Shown here: positions 42,244-52,547 of the stretch, in pieces | Position numbering within the stretch: position 1 is the first letter of the stretch | How the letters are laid out: every line of letters begins with the position of its first letter | Origin: Promethearchaeota archaeon | GTDB lineage: Archaea; Asgardarchaeota; Lokiarchaeia; Sigyniarchaeales; SOKP01 | Direction of reading: 5' to 3' | Length of the DNA: 64,000 nt | Assembly (NCBI GenBank): GCA_019058445.1 | Contig: JAHPZA010000006.1 | Location: 160,001 to 224,000, forward strand | Position numbers and translations under genes: made by a program | The notes under the pieces: model-generated | The model's database searches: none | What the model was told of the DNA's origin: nothing | The model's input: only the letters and a program-made list of their open reading frames with translations

Positions 42244-42678
42244 CTTTTGAGTCTTTTCTGAATTTACATTCTATCAATTTTGTTTTATAAAAGACATTTT
42301 TAATTGTAATCAATAGTGTAGAAAATGATATTTTTGTGTATAATTAAAAATAATATCACTTTTTATTAGTAGTAATTTAATTCATATTTAAAAGTATTTT
42401 TTTTTAAGATTAAACGTGTTATTGTAAATAAAACCTATACTAAATTTCAATTCTTAAAGAATAATGGAAACACTTAAAAATAAATATCATTTTTACTCAT
42501 ATATAAAATCGTGGCTTTGCACATAAAGTCAGGATTATACACTCTAGATAGAAAATCACCTTTCTTTCACATTTAAGGGGAAGGCCCCATTTTTTTAAAG
42601 TTTATTTAAATATAAGAAAATTTAAATATATGTAAAATCGATTTAATATGTATAAAAAGAAGTAATAATCTAGAATGG

Positions 42679-43578
42679 GTGAGAATTATTTCCGATAAGA
42701 CAAAGATATCAGAAGAAGTTAAAAAAAAATATGAAGAAGAAACGGGGAAAAAGGCATATTGGCATGGTCAACTTACTAAAAGTTTTAAAAAATGGCAGAG
42801 AGGTGAAAAAGTATATTATATTAATCAAGAACGAGTCTCTTTGTATGTTCCGGAAGGTGTAAAAGACCAATGGGAAAAATTTGCCAAGCACACTAAATTT
42901 AAGACAATTTCGGCCTTAGTTAGAGAAGCTCTGGATTTTTTTATTAAGCTTTATTCAAAACTTAATATTGATCAGAAAGAGGGCTTTGATATTCTTTCAG
43001 GTCTTTCTTATGAATTTAAAGAACCACTAACTTTGATTAAAGTCAACTTACAGATTTTAAAAAAGGTTTATAGTAAAAGTTTAAATGAAGATGTTGTTCA
43101 GATTATTAATTCTGTTTTGGAGTATTACCAAATCCTTGAAAATAAGATTATAGATTATTTAGATCGACCCAAAATCGAACAAACTAAAGAAATTAAAGCT
43201 GAAAATATACAATATGACATTTTTCTTGTAGAGGATGATAATGAAACGCGCAAAGTTCTAACAAACTATTTTAAAACTTTAAATATTTCTTGTAAAGGTA
43301 TTGCTGAGGGATTCAGTGTATTTAATGAGTTGAAAATTAATGTTCCCAGATTAATACTTCTGGATATTTTATTACCAGACATGAGTGGGGATGATATATT
43401 AAGGGATCTTAATTCAGATAAAAATTATAGCAAAATTCCAGTATACTTCATTACAGCAATACCCGAACATAAAGTAAAAAAAATGGCTGAAGAACTGGGA
43501 GCGACAGGATACATTTTAAAACCCTTTAACTTAAGTGACTTCGATGAAATAATTCAATATTTAAAAAATGAAAAATAA
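42679..43578 (+). CDS. Response regulator with N-terminal RHH-like and degenerate HisKA-like segments
   Basis: RVSLYVP...ISALVREAL; SYEFKEPLT; REC domain LVEDD...LLDILLPD...KPF. Confidence 0.8.
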   Translation: MRIISDKTKISEEVKKKYEEETGKKAYWHGQLTKSFKKWQRGEKVYYINQERVSLYVPEGVKDQWEKFAKHTKFKTISALVREALDFFIKLYSKLNIDQKEGFDILSGLSYEFKEPLTLIKVNLQILKKVYSKSLNEDVVQIINSVLEYYQILENKIIDYLDRPKIEQTKEIKAENIQYDIFLVEDDNETRKVLTNYFKTLNISCKGIAEGFSVFNELKINVPRLILLDILLPDMSGDDILRDLNSDKNYSKIPVYFITAIPEHKVKKMAEELGATGYILKPFNLSDFDEIIQYLKNEK

Positions 43579-43667
43579 AACTTATTTAAAATCAGTTTTG
43601 GCTAATATATTAACTGCTTGCTCAATTTAATCTAAATTTACTTATGAAATCCGAGTTCTAAAATAAT

Positions 43668-44081
43668 CTAGAAGTGATGATGATGGTCATGATCATCATC
43701 GGCATCAGTATGTATCTTCCCAACTCCAAAACCTTTACCCTGCCCAGGAGCACAAAGACTTTCCCCTCCTTCCAACGTTCCATCGATAATTTTCTGAATA
43801 ACATTATCAACCTTTCCTGTTACGCCCATAATTACCTCTATCCCGTATTGCTGAAAAAATCCTACTGCTCGATGTCCCATACCCCCGGTAATTATATGAG
43901 ATGCTCCTTGCTCATTAATAAACTGAGGAATACTACCTACGCTATGTCCCGGATTAGGAAGAACTTCTTTAGCTACTACCTTATTATCCTCAAAGCTTAC
44001 AAAAGTAAATTCTGGTGCCCTTCCAAAATGAGGACAGACTTCATTTGACTCTGTACTTATAGCAACTTTCATTTTAATCAC
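43668..44081 (-). CDS. NifB/NifX family (FeMo-cofactor-binding-like) protein with His-rich tail
   Basis: PHFGRAP.F, IITGGMG; C-terminal DHDHHHH. Confidence 0.88.
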   Translation of the reverse strand: MIKMKVAISTESNEVCPHFGRAPEFTFVSFEDNKVVAKEVLPNPGHSVGSIPQFINEQGASHIITGGMGHRAVGFFQQYGIEVIMGVTGKVDNVIQKIIDGTLEGGESLCAPGQGKGFGVGKIHTDADDDHDHHHHF

Positions 44082-44136
44082 TCTTTTTTTTATTAGTCCC
44101 TAATAAATTATATGAATTTTAATATTTTAAATTTTA

Positions 44137-44150
44137 TGAATAATTATTCA
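44137..44150. promoter_or_regulatory. Palindromic operator TGAATAATTATTCA
   Basis: Perfect 14-bp palindrome between the divergent NifB/X genes. Confidence 0.7.
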
Positions 44151-44204
44151 AATTTAAATTTGATAATTAATTATTATAATACAAAAGAAAATGGAATTTA
44201 AAAA

Positions 44205-44585
44205 ATGAATAAAGTTATTGGGATTCCTTCAGATGGTCCTGAATTATCGGATAATATTTCTGAACATTTTGGACATGCAAAATATTTTGTTGGAATTGAA
44301 ATAGATATGAATAATAATTATATCAAGTTATTTTCTCTGCGCAATGACGGCCATGCGAGTTGCATGGAGCCTGTTATGAATATGAAAAATAGAAAAGTAA
44401 CGGATATGATTATCGGAGGTATCGGAGGCCGCCCTTACATGGGATTTCTGCAAGTTGGCATTAATCTCTATCAAGGGATATATGGAACACTAAAGGATAA
44501 TGTTGAGTGTTTATTAGGGGGTAAATTAAAACCATTAGCTGGAGCGAGCTGTGGAGATAATTCCCCTCATCAGCATAATCAATAA
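44205..44585 (+). CDS. NifB/NifX family protein
   Basis: SEHFGHAKYF, IIGGIG. Confidence 0.88.
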   Translation: MNKVIGIPSDGPELSDNISEHFGHAKYFVGIEIDMNNNYIKLFSLRNDGHASCMEPVMNMKNRKVTDMIIGGIGGRPYMGFLQVGINLYQGIYGTLKDNVECLLGGKLKPLAGASCGDNSPHQHNQ

Positions 44586-44636
44586 TAATAAAATGAAAAT
44601 ACAACACAAAAAGCAAAAAAAAGAGGTTAGAAAAAA

Positions 44637-45107
44637 ATGGTAATAGTGGCTGTACCATCTTTCGGAGATGGTGGATTAAATTCATTCATGAACCCTCGAT
44701 TTGGACGTTGTGACACATTTACGTTTATAACAATCGAGAACAACTCCATTAAGGAAGTAAAAGCGGTAAGTAATATGGCGGCAAATGCTATGGGAGGCGC
44801 TGGGATTCAAGCAGTTCAGACGATAGGAAACTATGGGGCTACGGAAGTAATTGTGGGAAACTTAGGACCTAATGCGGCTCAATCATTAGCGGCGTCTAAT
44901 TTTAAGATTCATCAAGCCCCTAATGAACAACTAACTATAAAAAATCTGATTGAATTATATATTGAAGGCAAATTACAAACAATCAGCGGAGCTACTGTAG
45001 CATCTCATTATGGAATGAGTGGTAGCGGCAGAGGAATGGGTGGTGGCGGAGGCCGAGGTATGGGAGGCGGACGCGGCATGGGAGGAGGTCAAGGTCGTCG
45101 GTTCTAA
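44637..45107 (+). CDS. NifB/NifX family protein with GRGMGG repeat tail
   Basis: RFGRCDTF, GAGIQA, GNLGPNA. Confidence 0.88.
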   Translation: MVIVAVPSFGDGGLNSFMNPRFGRCDTFTFITIENNSIKEVKAVSNMAANAMGGAGIQAVQTIGNYGATEVIVGNLGPNAAQSLAASNFKIHQAPNEQLTIKNLIELYIEGKLQTISGATVASHYGMSGSGRGMGGGGGRGMGGGRGMGGGQGRRF

Positions 45108-45143
45108 TGGAATGTCTTTAAAATTAAGTAATATTTAAATTTA

Positions 45144-46079
45144 GTGTCGCGGAAAAAAATGGAAAAAAGACCAAAAGTGATATGTGTTACCGGAGGTAAG
45201 GGTGGTACTGGGAAAACTTTGGTTGCAGTAAATATCGCTACGATGTTTAAGAATGAGGGTAAAAAAGTTTTATTAATTGATGGAGATGTAGAAAATCCTA
45301 ACACTTATTTATTGTTAGGTGGCACACTCGAAAATAAAGAAGCGGTTCCTTTTTTTAAGCCGAAAATAAATGAGGAAAAATGTACGAAATGTGGTTTATG
45401 TGCTGAAAATTGTGCTCCTCATGCACTATTGCACATAAAAGATGCCTATCCAGTTCCAATATTAGCAGTGTGTTCTGGTTGTAGATTATGTTATAAAATT
45501 TGTCCAGTCGGTGCAATTGAAGAAGATTATACCACAGTTGGTTGGACCTATTCTACGAAATTAAACGATATTTCGCTTTTAGTGGGAGAGCTAAAGCCCA
45601 CTGAAGCACGTTCAGCATCAATAGTAGAAGTCCTTATGGAAAAACTTACTAAAATTATGGAAGAGGAGCCTACTAAATACGAGATAGTCATTTTAGATAC
45701 GGCTCCTGGTGCTCATTGTGATGTCGAATTACTTATTGGTATGGCAGATAAGGTAATTCCGGTAACGGAACCTACCAAATTTGGAAAATTGGATCTGCTC
45801 AGGATCATAGAGCTGATTAAGCTATTAAACAAAGATTTTCGAGCAATTATAAATAGATCCTCATTATTGGGATATAGAGATCAATTTTTAAAGGAATTAG
45901 AAGAGAGCAATATAGAGATGTTGGGTGATATCCCCTTAGATGATGATATCGTAAATTCCTATTGTTTAGGGAAACCGCTCATGGATGATACAAGTGAATT
46001 TAAAGGGGGAGCAGGATATAACTCATTTCAAAAAATATTTGAAAATTTAGAACTATGGTTGAATTCAAAGGGGGATTAA
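45144..46079 (+). CDS. MinD/ParA-family P-loop ATPase with inserted 4Fe-4S ferredoxin domain
   Basis: GGKGGTGKT, DGDVENPN, two CxxCxxCxxxC motifs, VTEPT. Confidence 0.9.
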   Translation: MSRKKMEKRPKVICVTGGKGGTGKTLVAVNIATMFKNEGKKVLLIDGDVENPNTYLLLGGTLENKEAVPFFKPKINEEKCTKCGLCAENCAPHALLHIKDAYPVPILAVCSGCRLCYKICPVGAIEEDYTTVGWTYSTKLNDISLLVGELKPTEARSASIVEVLMEKLTKIMEEEPTKYEIVILDTAPGAHCDVELLIGMADKVIPVTEPTKFGKLDLLRIIELIKLLNKDFRAIINRSSLLGYRDQFLKELEESNIEMLGDIPLDDDIVNSYCLGKPLMDDTSEFKGGAGYNSFQKIFENLELWLNSKGD

Positions 46080-46081
46080 GA

Positions 46082-47020
46082 ATGGATAAGCAAAAAAGAA
46101 GTGTTGGAATTATTTCAGGCAAAGGAGGTGTAGGAAAGACGTCACTTACGGCATCATTAACGAATTTAACAAAGGATGACCTTGAAATTAATTCAATCGT
46201 ATTAGATTGCGATGTTGATGCTCCAAATTTAGCGTTAATTCTCCCAGTTGAATCAAATGAACAAGTAGAAACTATTGATACCTACACGACTTTAAAAGCT
46301 ACGTTCATTGAAGATAAATGTGTTCATTGCAAACAATGTATCGATGAGAAGTTTTGTGAATTTCACGCTTTAAAGTGGGATGAGGAAAATCAAATTCCAG
46401 AAGTTGATTATTTAGCCTGTGAAGGTTGTGGAGCTTGTAAAGTTTTATGTCCGGAACATGCATTTACCATAAATACGGTAAAAAGCGGTGAGATGATTCA
46501 TTACTTATCAGATATTGGAGTTCCTCTCATCTATGGGAAAACCAGACTCGGTAGTACCACGTCAGGCAAATTAGTTTCAGACGTAAAGGAATTTGCATCA
46601 AAAATCGATAATTTTGACAACTACAACTTGATTTTAATCGATGGGCCTCCTGGTATTGGATGTCCGGTGATAGCTACGGTTTCAGGATTGGATTTCATAA
46701 TTGCCATAACTGAACCAACCCCCTCTGGTCTGCATGATCTAATTCGAGCTATTGAGGTTGTACAGCAATTTAAAATCCCTTTTGGAATTGTGATTAATAA
46801 ATATGACTTGAAAAGTCCATTTCAAGACCAATTCAAAAAATTTATCGACGATACTGGTTATAATATTTTAGGAAGAATTCCTTATGATTTAGCAATTCCT
46901 AAGGCAATGTCATTTGCAAAAACTGTCGTAGAACATGCCCCAGATTCTAAAGCAAGCTTAGCAATTAAAGAGATTTATAACAATCTGAAGAATCTGTTAT
47001 GGAATGATACGACTCAATAA
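46082..47020 (+). CDS. MinD/ParA-family P-loop ATPase with 4Fe-4S domain
   Basis: SGKGGVGKT, DCDVDAPNL, CEGCGAC, DGPPGIGCP. ATG 46082 preferred. Confidence 0.9.
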   Translation: MDKQKRSVGIISGKGGVGKTSLTASLTNLTKDDLEINSIVLDCDVDAPNLALILPVESNEQVETIDTYTTLKATFIEDKCVHCKQCIDEKFCEFHALKWDEENQIPEVDYLACEGCGACKVLCPEHAFTINTVKSGEMIHYLSDIGVPLIYGKTRLGSTTSGKLVSDVKEFASKIDNFDNYNLILIDGPPGIGCPVIATVSGLDFIIAITEPTPSGLHDLIRAIEVVQQFKIPFGIVINKYDLKSPFQDQFKKFIDDTGYNILGRIPYDLAIPKAMSFAKTVVEHAPDSKASLAIKEIYNNLKNLLWNDTTQ

Positions 47021-47032
47021 TTTTTTTTCTTT

Positions 47033-47452
47033 TTATATAATTTCTCGTTCAAAATAGTAGACATTTTCTGAATCACATTTCACACATTTCACTTTTTTTC
47101 CTCTTGATGCCGATCTATCTTCCCAGATATGATCACAGTTCCAGCATCCATATCCAATGAAACTAAGCTTATAATCAATATTACCACCATGTACCCTGAT
47201 TTCTTTCCCTTCGATTAACGCTTGAGTTATTTTTTGGTGAGAAATTTCAAGGATGCGCGAAAATGTGGGCTGACTTATCCCCATACTATCTGCTGCTCTT
47301 TCTTGAGTTAATTTACTATAATGTTTAAGGCGCATGGCCTCGAACTCTGCGAGCGTTAACACAATACAGTTCTCCATTTGAGGGTGAGTACCTGTAAAAT
47401 ACGCATTATTAGGTGGCTTAAATACCCATCTTCGACGAGTCCTTCTTCCCAT
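47033..47452 (-). CDS. DUF134 family HTH protein with C-terminal Zn ribbon
   Basis: EFEAMRL...TQERAADSMGISQPTFSRIL; CWNC...CVKC. Confidence 0.88.
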   Translation of the reverse strand: MGRRTRRRWVFKPPNNAYFTGTHPQMENCIVLTLAEFEAMRLKHYSKLTQERAADSMGISQPTFSRILEISHQKITQALIEGKEIRVHGGNIDYKLSFIGYGCWNCDHIWEDRSASRGKKVKCVKCDSENVYYFEREII

Positions 47453-47634
47453 ACTAAATCATTTGAAAATTGTCTACTATCTATCTTTAATTATATCTTA
47501 CACTTGTTAATAATAATTATTCAAAATTAATAAAAAAGTTGTCCTTTAAAACTTCTTCCTAAAAAAGATATTTTGAGGGACTCTTTTGGTTTTCATTCTA
47601 AAAGTAAAAAGTATAAAAAAAAAAGAAAATAATT

Positions 47635-48135
47635 TTATTTTCTTATTTGTACTTTAGGTTTAATTTCCGATGCTCCTCCGAAGTTGGTAATAACTGGACA
47701 ATGAGTTAATACTTTATCCATTAACTCATTAATTTTTTCTTCTGGCGCATCTGCTTTAATTCTTATTACTGGTTCGAGTTTGTCATAACCGGGTAATTTT
47801 GAATCATCAATTCCAAAAATAGCACCGAGATTGATATGACCTCGGGAGAAAACTTCAAGTTCCTCAAGCTTGATATCCATTATTTTTGCCCAAAATTTGG
47901 TTACTGCAATAATACAGGCTCCAATTGATCCCAATATTGCTAAAAGTGGAGAGGGCCCCTCATCGGTTCCGTCTAATCCTCCAGGAGCATCTATTGTCAT
48001 TACATGTGGTTTTGCTCCCATCGTTACCTTGCATTGCATTCCCTTATCAAGCATTTCACATTTTACATTGAAATTCTTCTCTCCTGCATTCCAATCAGCC
48101 TTTATGGCTTCATAGGTTTCTTTAAAACTTGGCAT
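47635..48135 (-). CDS. OsmC-like protein
   Basis: IDAP..LDGTDEGPSP...GAC...HCPV. Confidence 0.85.
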   Translation of the reverse strand: MPSFKETYEAIKADWNAGEKNFNVKCEMLDKGMQCKVTMGAKPHVMTIDAPGGLDGTDEGPSPLLAILGSIGACIIAVTKFWAKIMDIKLEELEVFSRGHINLGAIFGIDDSKLPGYDKLEPVIRIKADAPEEKINELMDKVLTHCPVITNFGGASEIKPKVQIRK

Positions 48136-48227
48136 ATTTTTTCACTTTTCTTGTTTTTAAAGAGTTTTACTAATTAAGAATATTTATTCTTAATAATTTA
48201 TTAAAATGAATTTTGATATTTAAATAT

Positions 48228-48243
48228 ATGAATAATTATTCAT
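48228..48243. promoter_or_regulatory. Palindromic operator ATGAATAATTATTCAT upstream of the osmC-like gene
   Basis: Perfect 16-bp palindrome immediately upstream of the minus-strand TTTAAATA box. Confidence 0.7.
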
Positions 48244-48409
48244 TTCCATTTTATGTAAGACAAAGCTAAGGTAGCCTTCATTTTTATATGAATTAAGGAT
48301 CAGATTATTACTTAATTACTCAGAGAATTGTAAAGAAAAATCAATAAATTAAGGGTGTAATCAAATATCATAAAAATTTTCTTAGATTATTCAAAATAAG
48401 TTCTGATAA

Positions 48410-50842
48410 TTATTTCTTAATTCTTAATCTATTTCTCTCGATTAAATTTCTTATTTCTTCAATTAAGGCTTCTGATAATTCAGTCTGACTAATACCAAAA
48501 GTTTCTAATTTAGTAAGATTTCCTAAATCTTCAATGTGAGAAATTGGATTTGTGCTTATACTTAAGTTTCTTAAATTTGAGAGTTTTTCAAGCCCATTTA
48601 TTTGTTTAATATTATTGTCTGAGAGATTTAAATTCTCAAGATTAATCAGATTCTCAACATTTATTTTAATTATCTTAGTTCTCCTTATCATTAGACTCTT
48701 TAAACTTACTAGATACCTAAGTCCAATAATTTTAGATAAATTGTTACCAACTAAACTAAGATGTTTTAAATACCGAAGTGATTTGAAAATTTTAAAAGTT
48801 CTCAAGTTATTACTGTTTATTGATAAAGAGGATAAATTAGGAAATAGCTCAAAAATCTTCTTTTCAAGATAGTCTATATTATTTATTGATAAATAGATAA
48901 TCTTTCCATTTAGGGATCTAAATTTAAAACTATATTGTGTTCTTCTCGCTCCATATTTTAAAAATTCTAATCCTATTGCCTCTTCCAATGATAGAAAATA
49001 GTCTTTTAAGTTTTTATTAACAAATTTAAGAGCTTTATTTTTATCTCTTAACTCACATTTTATATGATATAAATCGCAAAAAAAATTCCAGAGTTTATTA
49101 AATTTAGAATTTATTTCTGATAATGTATATTGTTTTCGGCCAATTGTATTATCTTCCTTAATATCTTCTACAAAAGGTTTATAAGAGTATGTTTCAAGAT
49201 GAGTATCCCCCAGAACAATGTGAGCGGACCAATTAGGGGCCTCTGTTGTCCTTTTATATCGAGAACTTAAATTCGATGGTATTTCACTAACTAAATTATC
49301 TAACATTTCGATATGATGTCCTTTGATGTCTTCAGGAATTTCTTCAATCTCATTATTATTTAACGTTAATACAGCTAATTTAGTCATTTCTTTTATTGCT
49401 TCAGGGATTTTTTTTATATAATTATTATCTAAATGTAGATGTCCAACAGAGGTAAGATTTCTAATTGAGTCCGGAATTTCCGAAATTCTATTATTGCTCA
49501 GCGAAAGCCAACTTAGTGAGTTAAGATTGCCTAGACAAGCTGGTATAAATTCAATTTCATTATTGTCAAAACTTAAATGATTTAAAAATTTAAACTTACA
49601 AATAAATTCGGGTATAATTTTGAGGGAATTATTACTTAAAGCCAACTCTGTAAGCATATGAAGGTTCTTTAAAGACATTGGCAAATTTTTGATTTTATTT
49701 CCACTAAAATTTAATTTTTTTAATGTTTTAAGATTTCCAATCCATTCTGGAATTTCTTTTAAGATATTCCCTCCAAAATTTAAAATTTCAAGAGATTTAA
49801 GCGATTTAATTTTTTCTGGAATTTTATCTATAAGATTCCCACCGATGTCCAGATTTATTATTGATTTAATATTGCTAATTGATTCTGGAATTTCCTGAAT
49901 TTGGTTGCCACTTAAATTTAAACTCCTTAAATTAATAAGGTTTCCTATAGATTCTGGAATCTTTGCGATTTTATTTTCAAGAAGAATCAACTCCTTAAGT
50001 GATGTGAGTTTTCCAATCGATTCTGGAATTACGCCAATATTATTTGTAAATATTTCGAATTTTTCAAGAGAAATGAGCCCACCTATTGATTCCGGGATGG
50101 TTCGAATCCTATTTATCCCTAGGAATAGATACTTCAATTTCTTTAACTCTCCAATTGATTCTGGAATCATCTCTAAGGTACAACCTATCATGGAGATCTC
50201 CTCTAAATGATTTAATTGCCCGATACTTTCGGGAATAAAATGAAACTCGTATTGATCGCTGTGAGGCGCAAAATAAAAGCCTGTTATGTGCCCATCACGG
50301 CTTAACTTGTAATCGTACCACCCATCTTTAAATCGGAGGTCCTCATCACAAGTAGCTTTTTCCAATTTGCTCCCGTAGGCTTTTTCCATTAAAACCAGTA
50401 CAAACGCATCATCATAGAAAAGCCCATCATCTACATACTCTTGGATGCTTCCCTCTATTCTTGAGTAAAGTTCTTCTTTATAACCATCAAGTAAAGGATT
50501 TTTTGACCTCCAAATTAGATCAAATACCATAACAGGAAAATAATCTCTGCGATCAAGCGATTTTATCAGGGACAAGAACTTTTTAGGGAAATCTCTAAGC
50601 AGCCATTTTACGGTACGGATTCTTATTGCGGTATTCCAGTCTGTTAAAAATGTTTTTTCCAAGAATTTAAAAATCTCTTCATTTTTAACACCTAAACTTT
50701 CTAAAATCTTGAAAGCATCTTCTCTGAGATATTCATTAGGTTTATTTTCGATGATATGGATTAATGAATTAATTAACGCTTCCTTGTCCAACTTACCTTC
50801 TTGAAAACGTTTTAAAATCTCAGCTGGATTTATTATTGTCAT
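48410..50842 (-). CDS. Leucine-rich repeat protein (two LRR blocks)
   Basis: Repeated IPESIGxLxxLxxLxLxxN units and C-terminal SDS22-like LRRs. Confidence 0.92.
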   Translation of the reverse strand: MTIINPAEILKRFQEGKLDKEALINSLIHIIENKPNEYLREDAFKILESLGVKNEEIFKFLEKTFLTDWNTAIRIRTVKWLLRDFPKKFLSLIKSLDRRDYFPVMVFDLIWRSKNPLLDGYKEELYSRIEGSIQEYVDDGLFYDDAFVLVLMEKAYGSKLEKATCDEDLRFKDGWYDYKLSRDGHITGFYFAPHSDQYEFHFIPESIGQLNHLEEISMIGCTLEMIPESIGELKKLKYLFLGINRIRTIPESIGGLISLEKFEIFTNNIGVIPESIGKLTSLKELILLENKIAKIPESIGNLINLRSLNLSGNQIQEIPESISNIKSIINLDIGGNLIDKIPEKIKSLKSLEILNFGGNILKEIPEWIGNLKTLKKLNFSGNKIKNLPMSLKNLHMLTELALSNNSLKIIPEFICKFKFLNHLSFDNNEIEFIPACLGNLNSLSWLSLSNNRISEIPDSIRNLTSVGHLHLDNNYIKKIPEAIKEMTKLAVLTLNNNEIEEIPEDIKGHHIEMLDNLVSEIPSNLSSRYKRTTEAPNWSAHIVLGDTHLETYSYKPFVEDIKEDNTIGRKQYTLSEINSKFNKLWNFFCDLYHIKCELRDKNKALKFVNKNLKDYFLSLEEAIGLEFLKYGARRTQYSFKFRSLNGKIIYLSINNIDYLEKKIFELFPNLSSLSINSNNLRTFKIFKSLRYLKHLSLVGNNLSKIIGLRYLVSLKSLMIRRTKIIKINVENLINLENLNLSDNNIKQINGLEKLSNLRNLSISTNPISHIEDLGNLTKLETFGISQTELSEALIEEIRNLIERNRLRIKK

Positions 50843-51087
50843 CTATTATAAAATTATAAACCTAAATATTTAAATCTCTCTAATTTTACTCAAGATTTTT
50901 CAAAGATATATATGCTTTCTATCTAAAATCTTTCGAGATTTTTACTTAGCGTTAAATACCATGAATCTATACTCTTTTCCTCGTACATTTTTCGGTGTTA
51001 GATTTTTGAATGATTATGCGAAATTTTTAATCTGATGTTTAATTCATGTTAAATATACTTAAATGATTTGAAAAAGGTTGAATAGGA

Positions 51088-51939
51088 ATGGGAAATGAAG
51101 AAGTCACAGAAGAATCGGTAAAGAAGGCAATGTTAGATGAGCGAATGCAAAATATCAAAACAAATATGGAAAAAATTAAACATAAAATCGTCATTATATC
51201 TGGGAAAGGAGGAGTTGGAAAGACTACTGTAGCCGTAAATCTTGCCATGAGCTTAGCCAGCGTTGGTTTAAGAGTAGGGATATTAGATGTTGATATCACG
51301 GGACCTAACGTAATAAAGATGTTAGGAATAAGTCCTGAATTAAAACCAAGTGTCGATGCCGAAGCGAAAAAATTTTATCCGGTTATTGGTCCGTTAAACA
51401 TGAAGGTAATGAGCATGGCATTGTTAACATTAAATCCAGACGAGCCGGTTATTTGGAGAGGGCCAATGAAAATGGGAGTGGTTCGACAATTTTTAGGCGA
51501 TGCGGTATGGGATGAGTTGGATTACTTGATATGTGATTTACCACCAGGTACGTCTGATGAAACCTTGGATATTTTGCAATTAATTCCAGATGAGAATGTA
51601 ATTGTAGTCACTACCCCTCAAGAAGTCGCCTTAATGGATGCTCGTAAAACTATCAAAATGTCAATGGTCATGGAAAGAAACGTGCTCGGAATAATTGAAA
51701 ACATGTCTGGATTTAAATGTCCTCACTGTGGTAAATATATTGATCTTTATCCTCCTGGTGGTGCTGAAAAGGCTGCGAAAGATTTTAAAGTGCTTTTATT
51801 AGGAAAAATACCTTTTGAAGTGGAGCTGGGAATCCAAGGAGATAGAGGGTTACCATTTGTAATTAAAAATCCAGATAGTGAAAGTGCAAAAGCGTTCAAG
51901 CAAGTTGTAAAACAGATTCAGGAAATAGTGGAAAATTAA
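51088..51939 (+). CDS. mrp: Mrp/NBP35 (ApbC) Fe-S carrier ATPase
   Basis: SGKGGVGKTT, VIWRGP, DLPPGT, TTPQ, ENMS.F.CPHCG. Confidence 0.92.
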   Translation: MGNEEVTEESVKKAMLDERMQNIKTNMEKIKHKIVIISGKGGVGKTTVAVNLAMSLASVGLRVGILDVDITGPNVIKMLGISPELKPSVDAEAKKFYPVIGPLNMKVMSMALLTLNPDEPVIWRGPMKMGVVRQFLGDAVWDELDYLICDLPPGTSDETLDILQLIPDENVIVVTTPQEVALMDARKTIKMSMVMERNVLGIIENMSGFKCPHCGKYIDLYPPGGAEKAAKDFKVLLLGKIPFEVELGIQGDRGLPFVIKNPDSESAKAFKQVVKQIQEIVEN

Positions 51940-52008
51940 TTATATATGCATTCTTTTCATTCACAAATAATCAATAGATTAAAGAATGCCTAAAAAGTTC
52001 AAGATTTC

Positions 52009-52449
52009 ATGTCTGAAGAGGATTTTGATGAGTTTGTAAAAAAACTTCAAAAAGAAATAATCAATAAAGAATTAGAGGATTATAATGAGTACGTTGTCAA
52101 TTTATTTCATAATCCAAAAAATTGGGGCAAACCTCCTGACGAAGAGATAACTACTTGGCATGCTTATGAAGGTCCTTGTGGAGATACAATGCAATTCTTC
52201 TTAAAAATAAGTAATGATATCATTGAAAAAGCCAGTTTTATTACAGACGGATGTGGAGCGACAGTGGCTGCTGGAAGCCAAACTACACTCATGATTGAGG
52301 GAAAGTCTATTGATTTTGCTGAAAGCTTAGTTCCAGAGGACATTGACAAAGCCTTAAAAGGATTACCCGATGATCATAAACATTGCGCAGAATTGGCTAT
52401 AAGAACTTTACATCGTTCTATAGAAAATTACAAATCTAAGTGGTTGTAG
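52009..52449 (+). CDS. IscU/NifU-like Fe-S scaffold
   Basis: GPCGD, DGCGA, KHCA. Confidence 0.88.
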   Translation: MSEEDFDEFVKKLQKEIINKELEDYNEYVVNLFHNPKNWGKPPDEEITTWHAYEGPCGDTMQFFLKISNDIIEKASFITDGCGATVAAGSQTTLMIEGKSIDFAESLVPEDIDKALKGLPDDHKHCAELAIRTLHRSIENYKSKWL

Positions 52450-52547
52450 TTGAACCAATATAACTGGTTTTTTTTCTATTAAAGTAATATTGGATCATTT
52501 AGTAAGAAAATTTTTTAAATTCACCTAACTTTTTCATAAAGCTAACG

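Noticed and set aside
48410-50842. Periodic DNA repeats (gattctggaat) suggesting an array
   Set aside because: They are codon-level echoes of the LRR IPES units, not CRISPR repeats.
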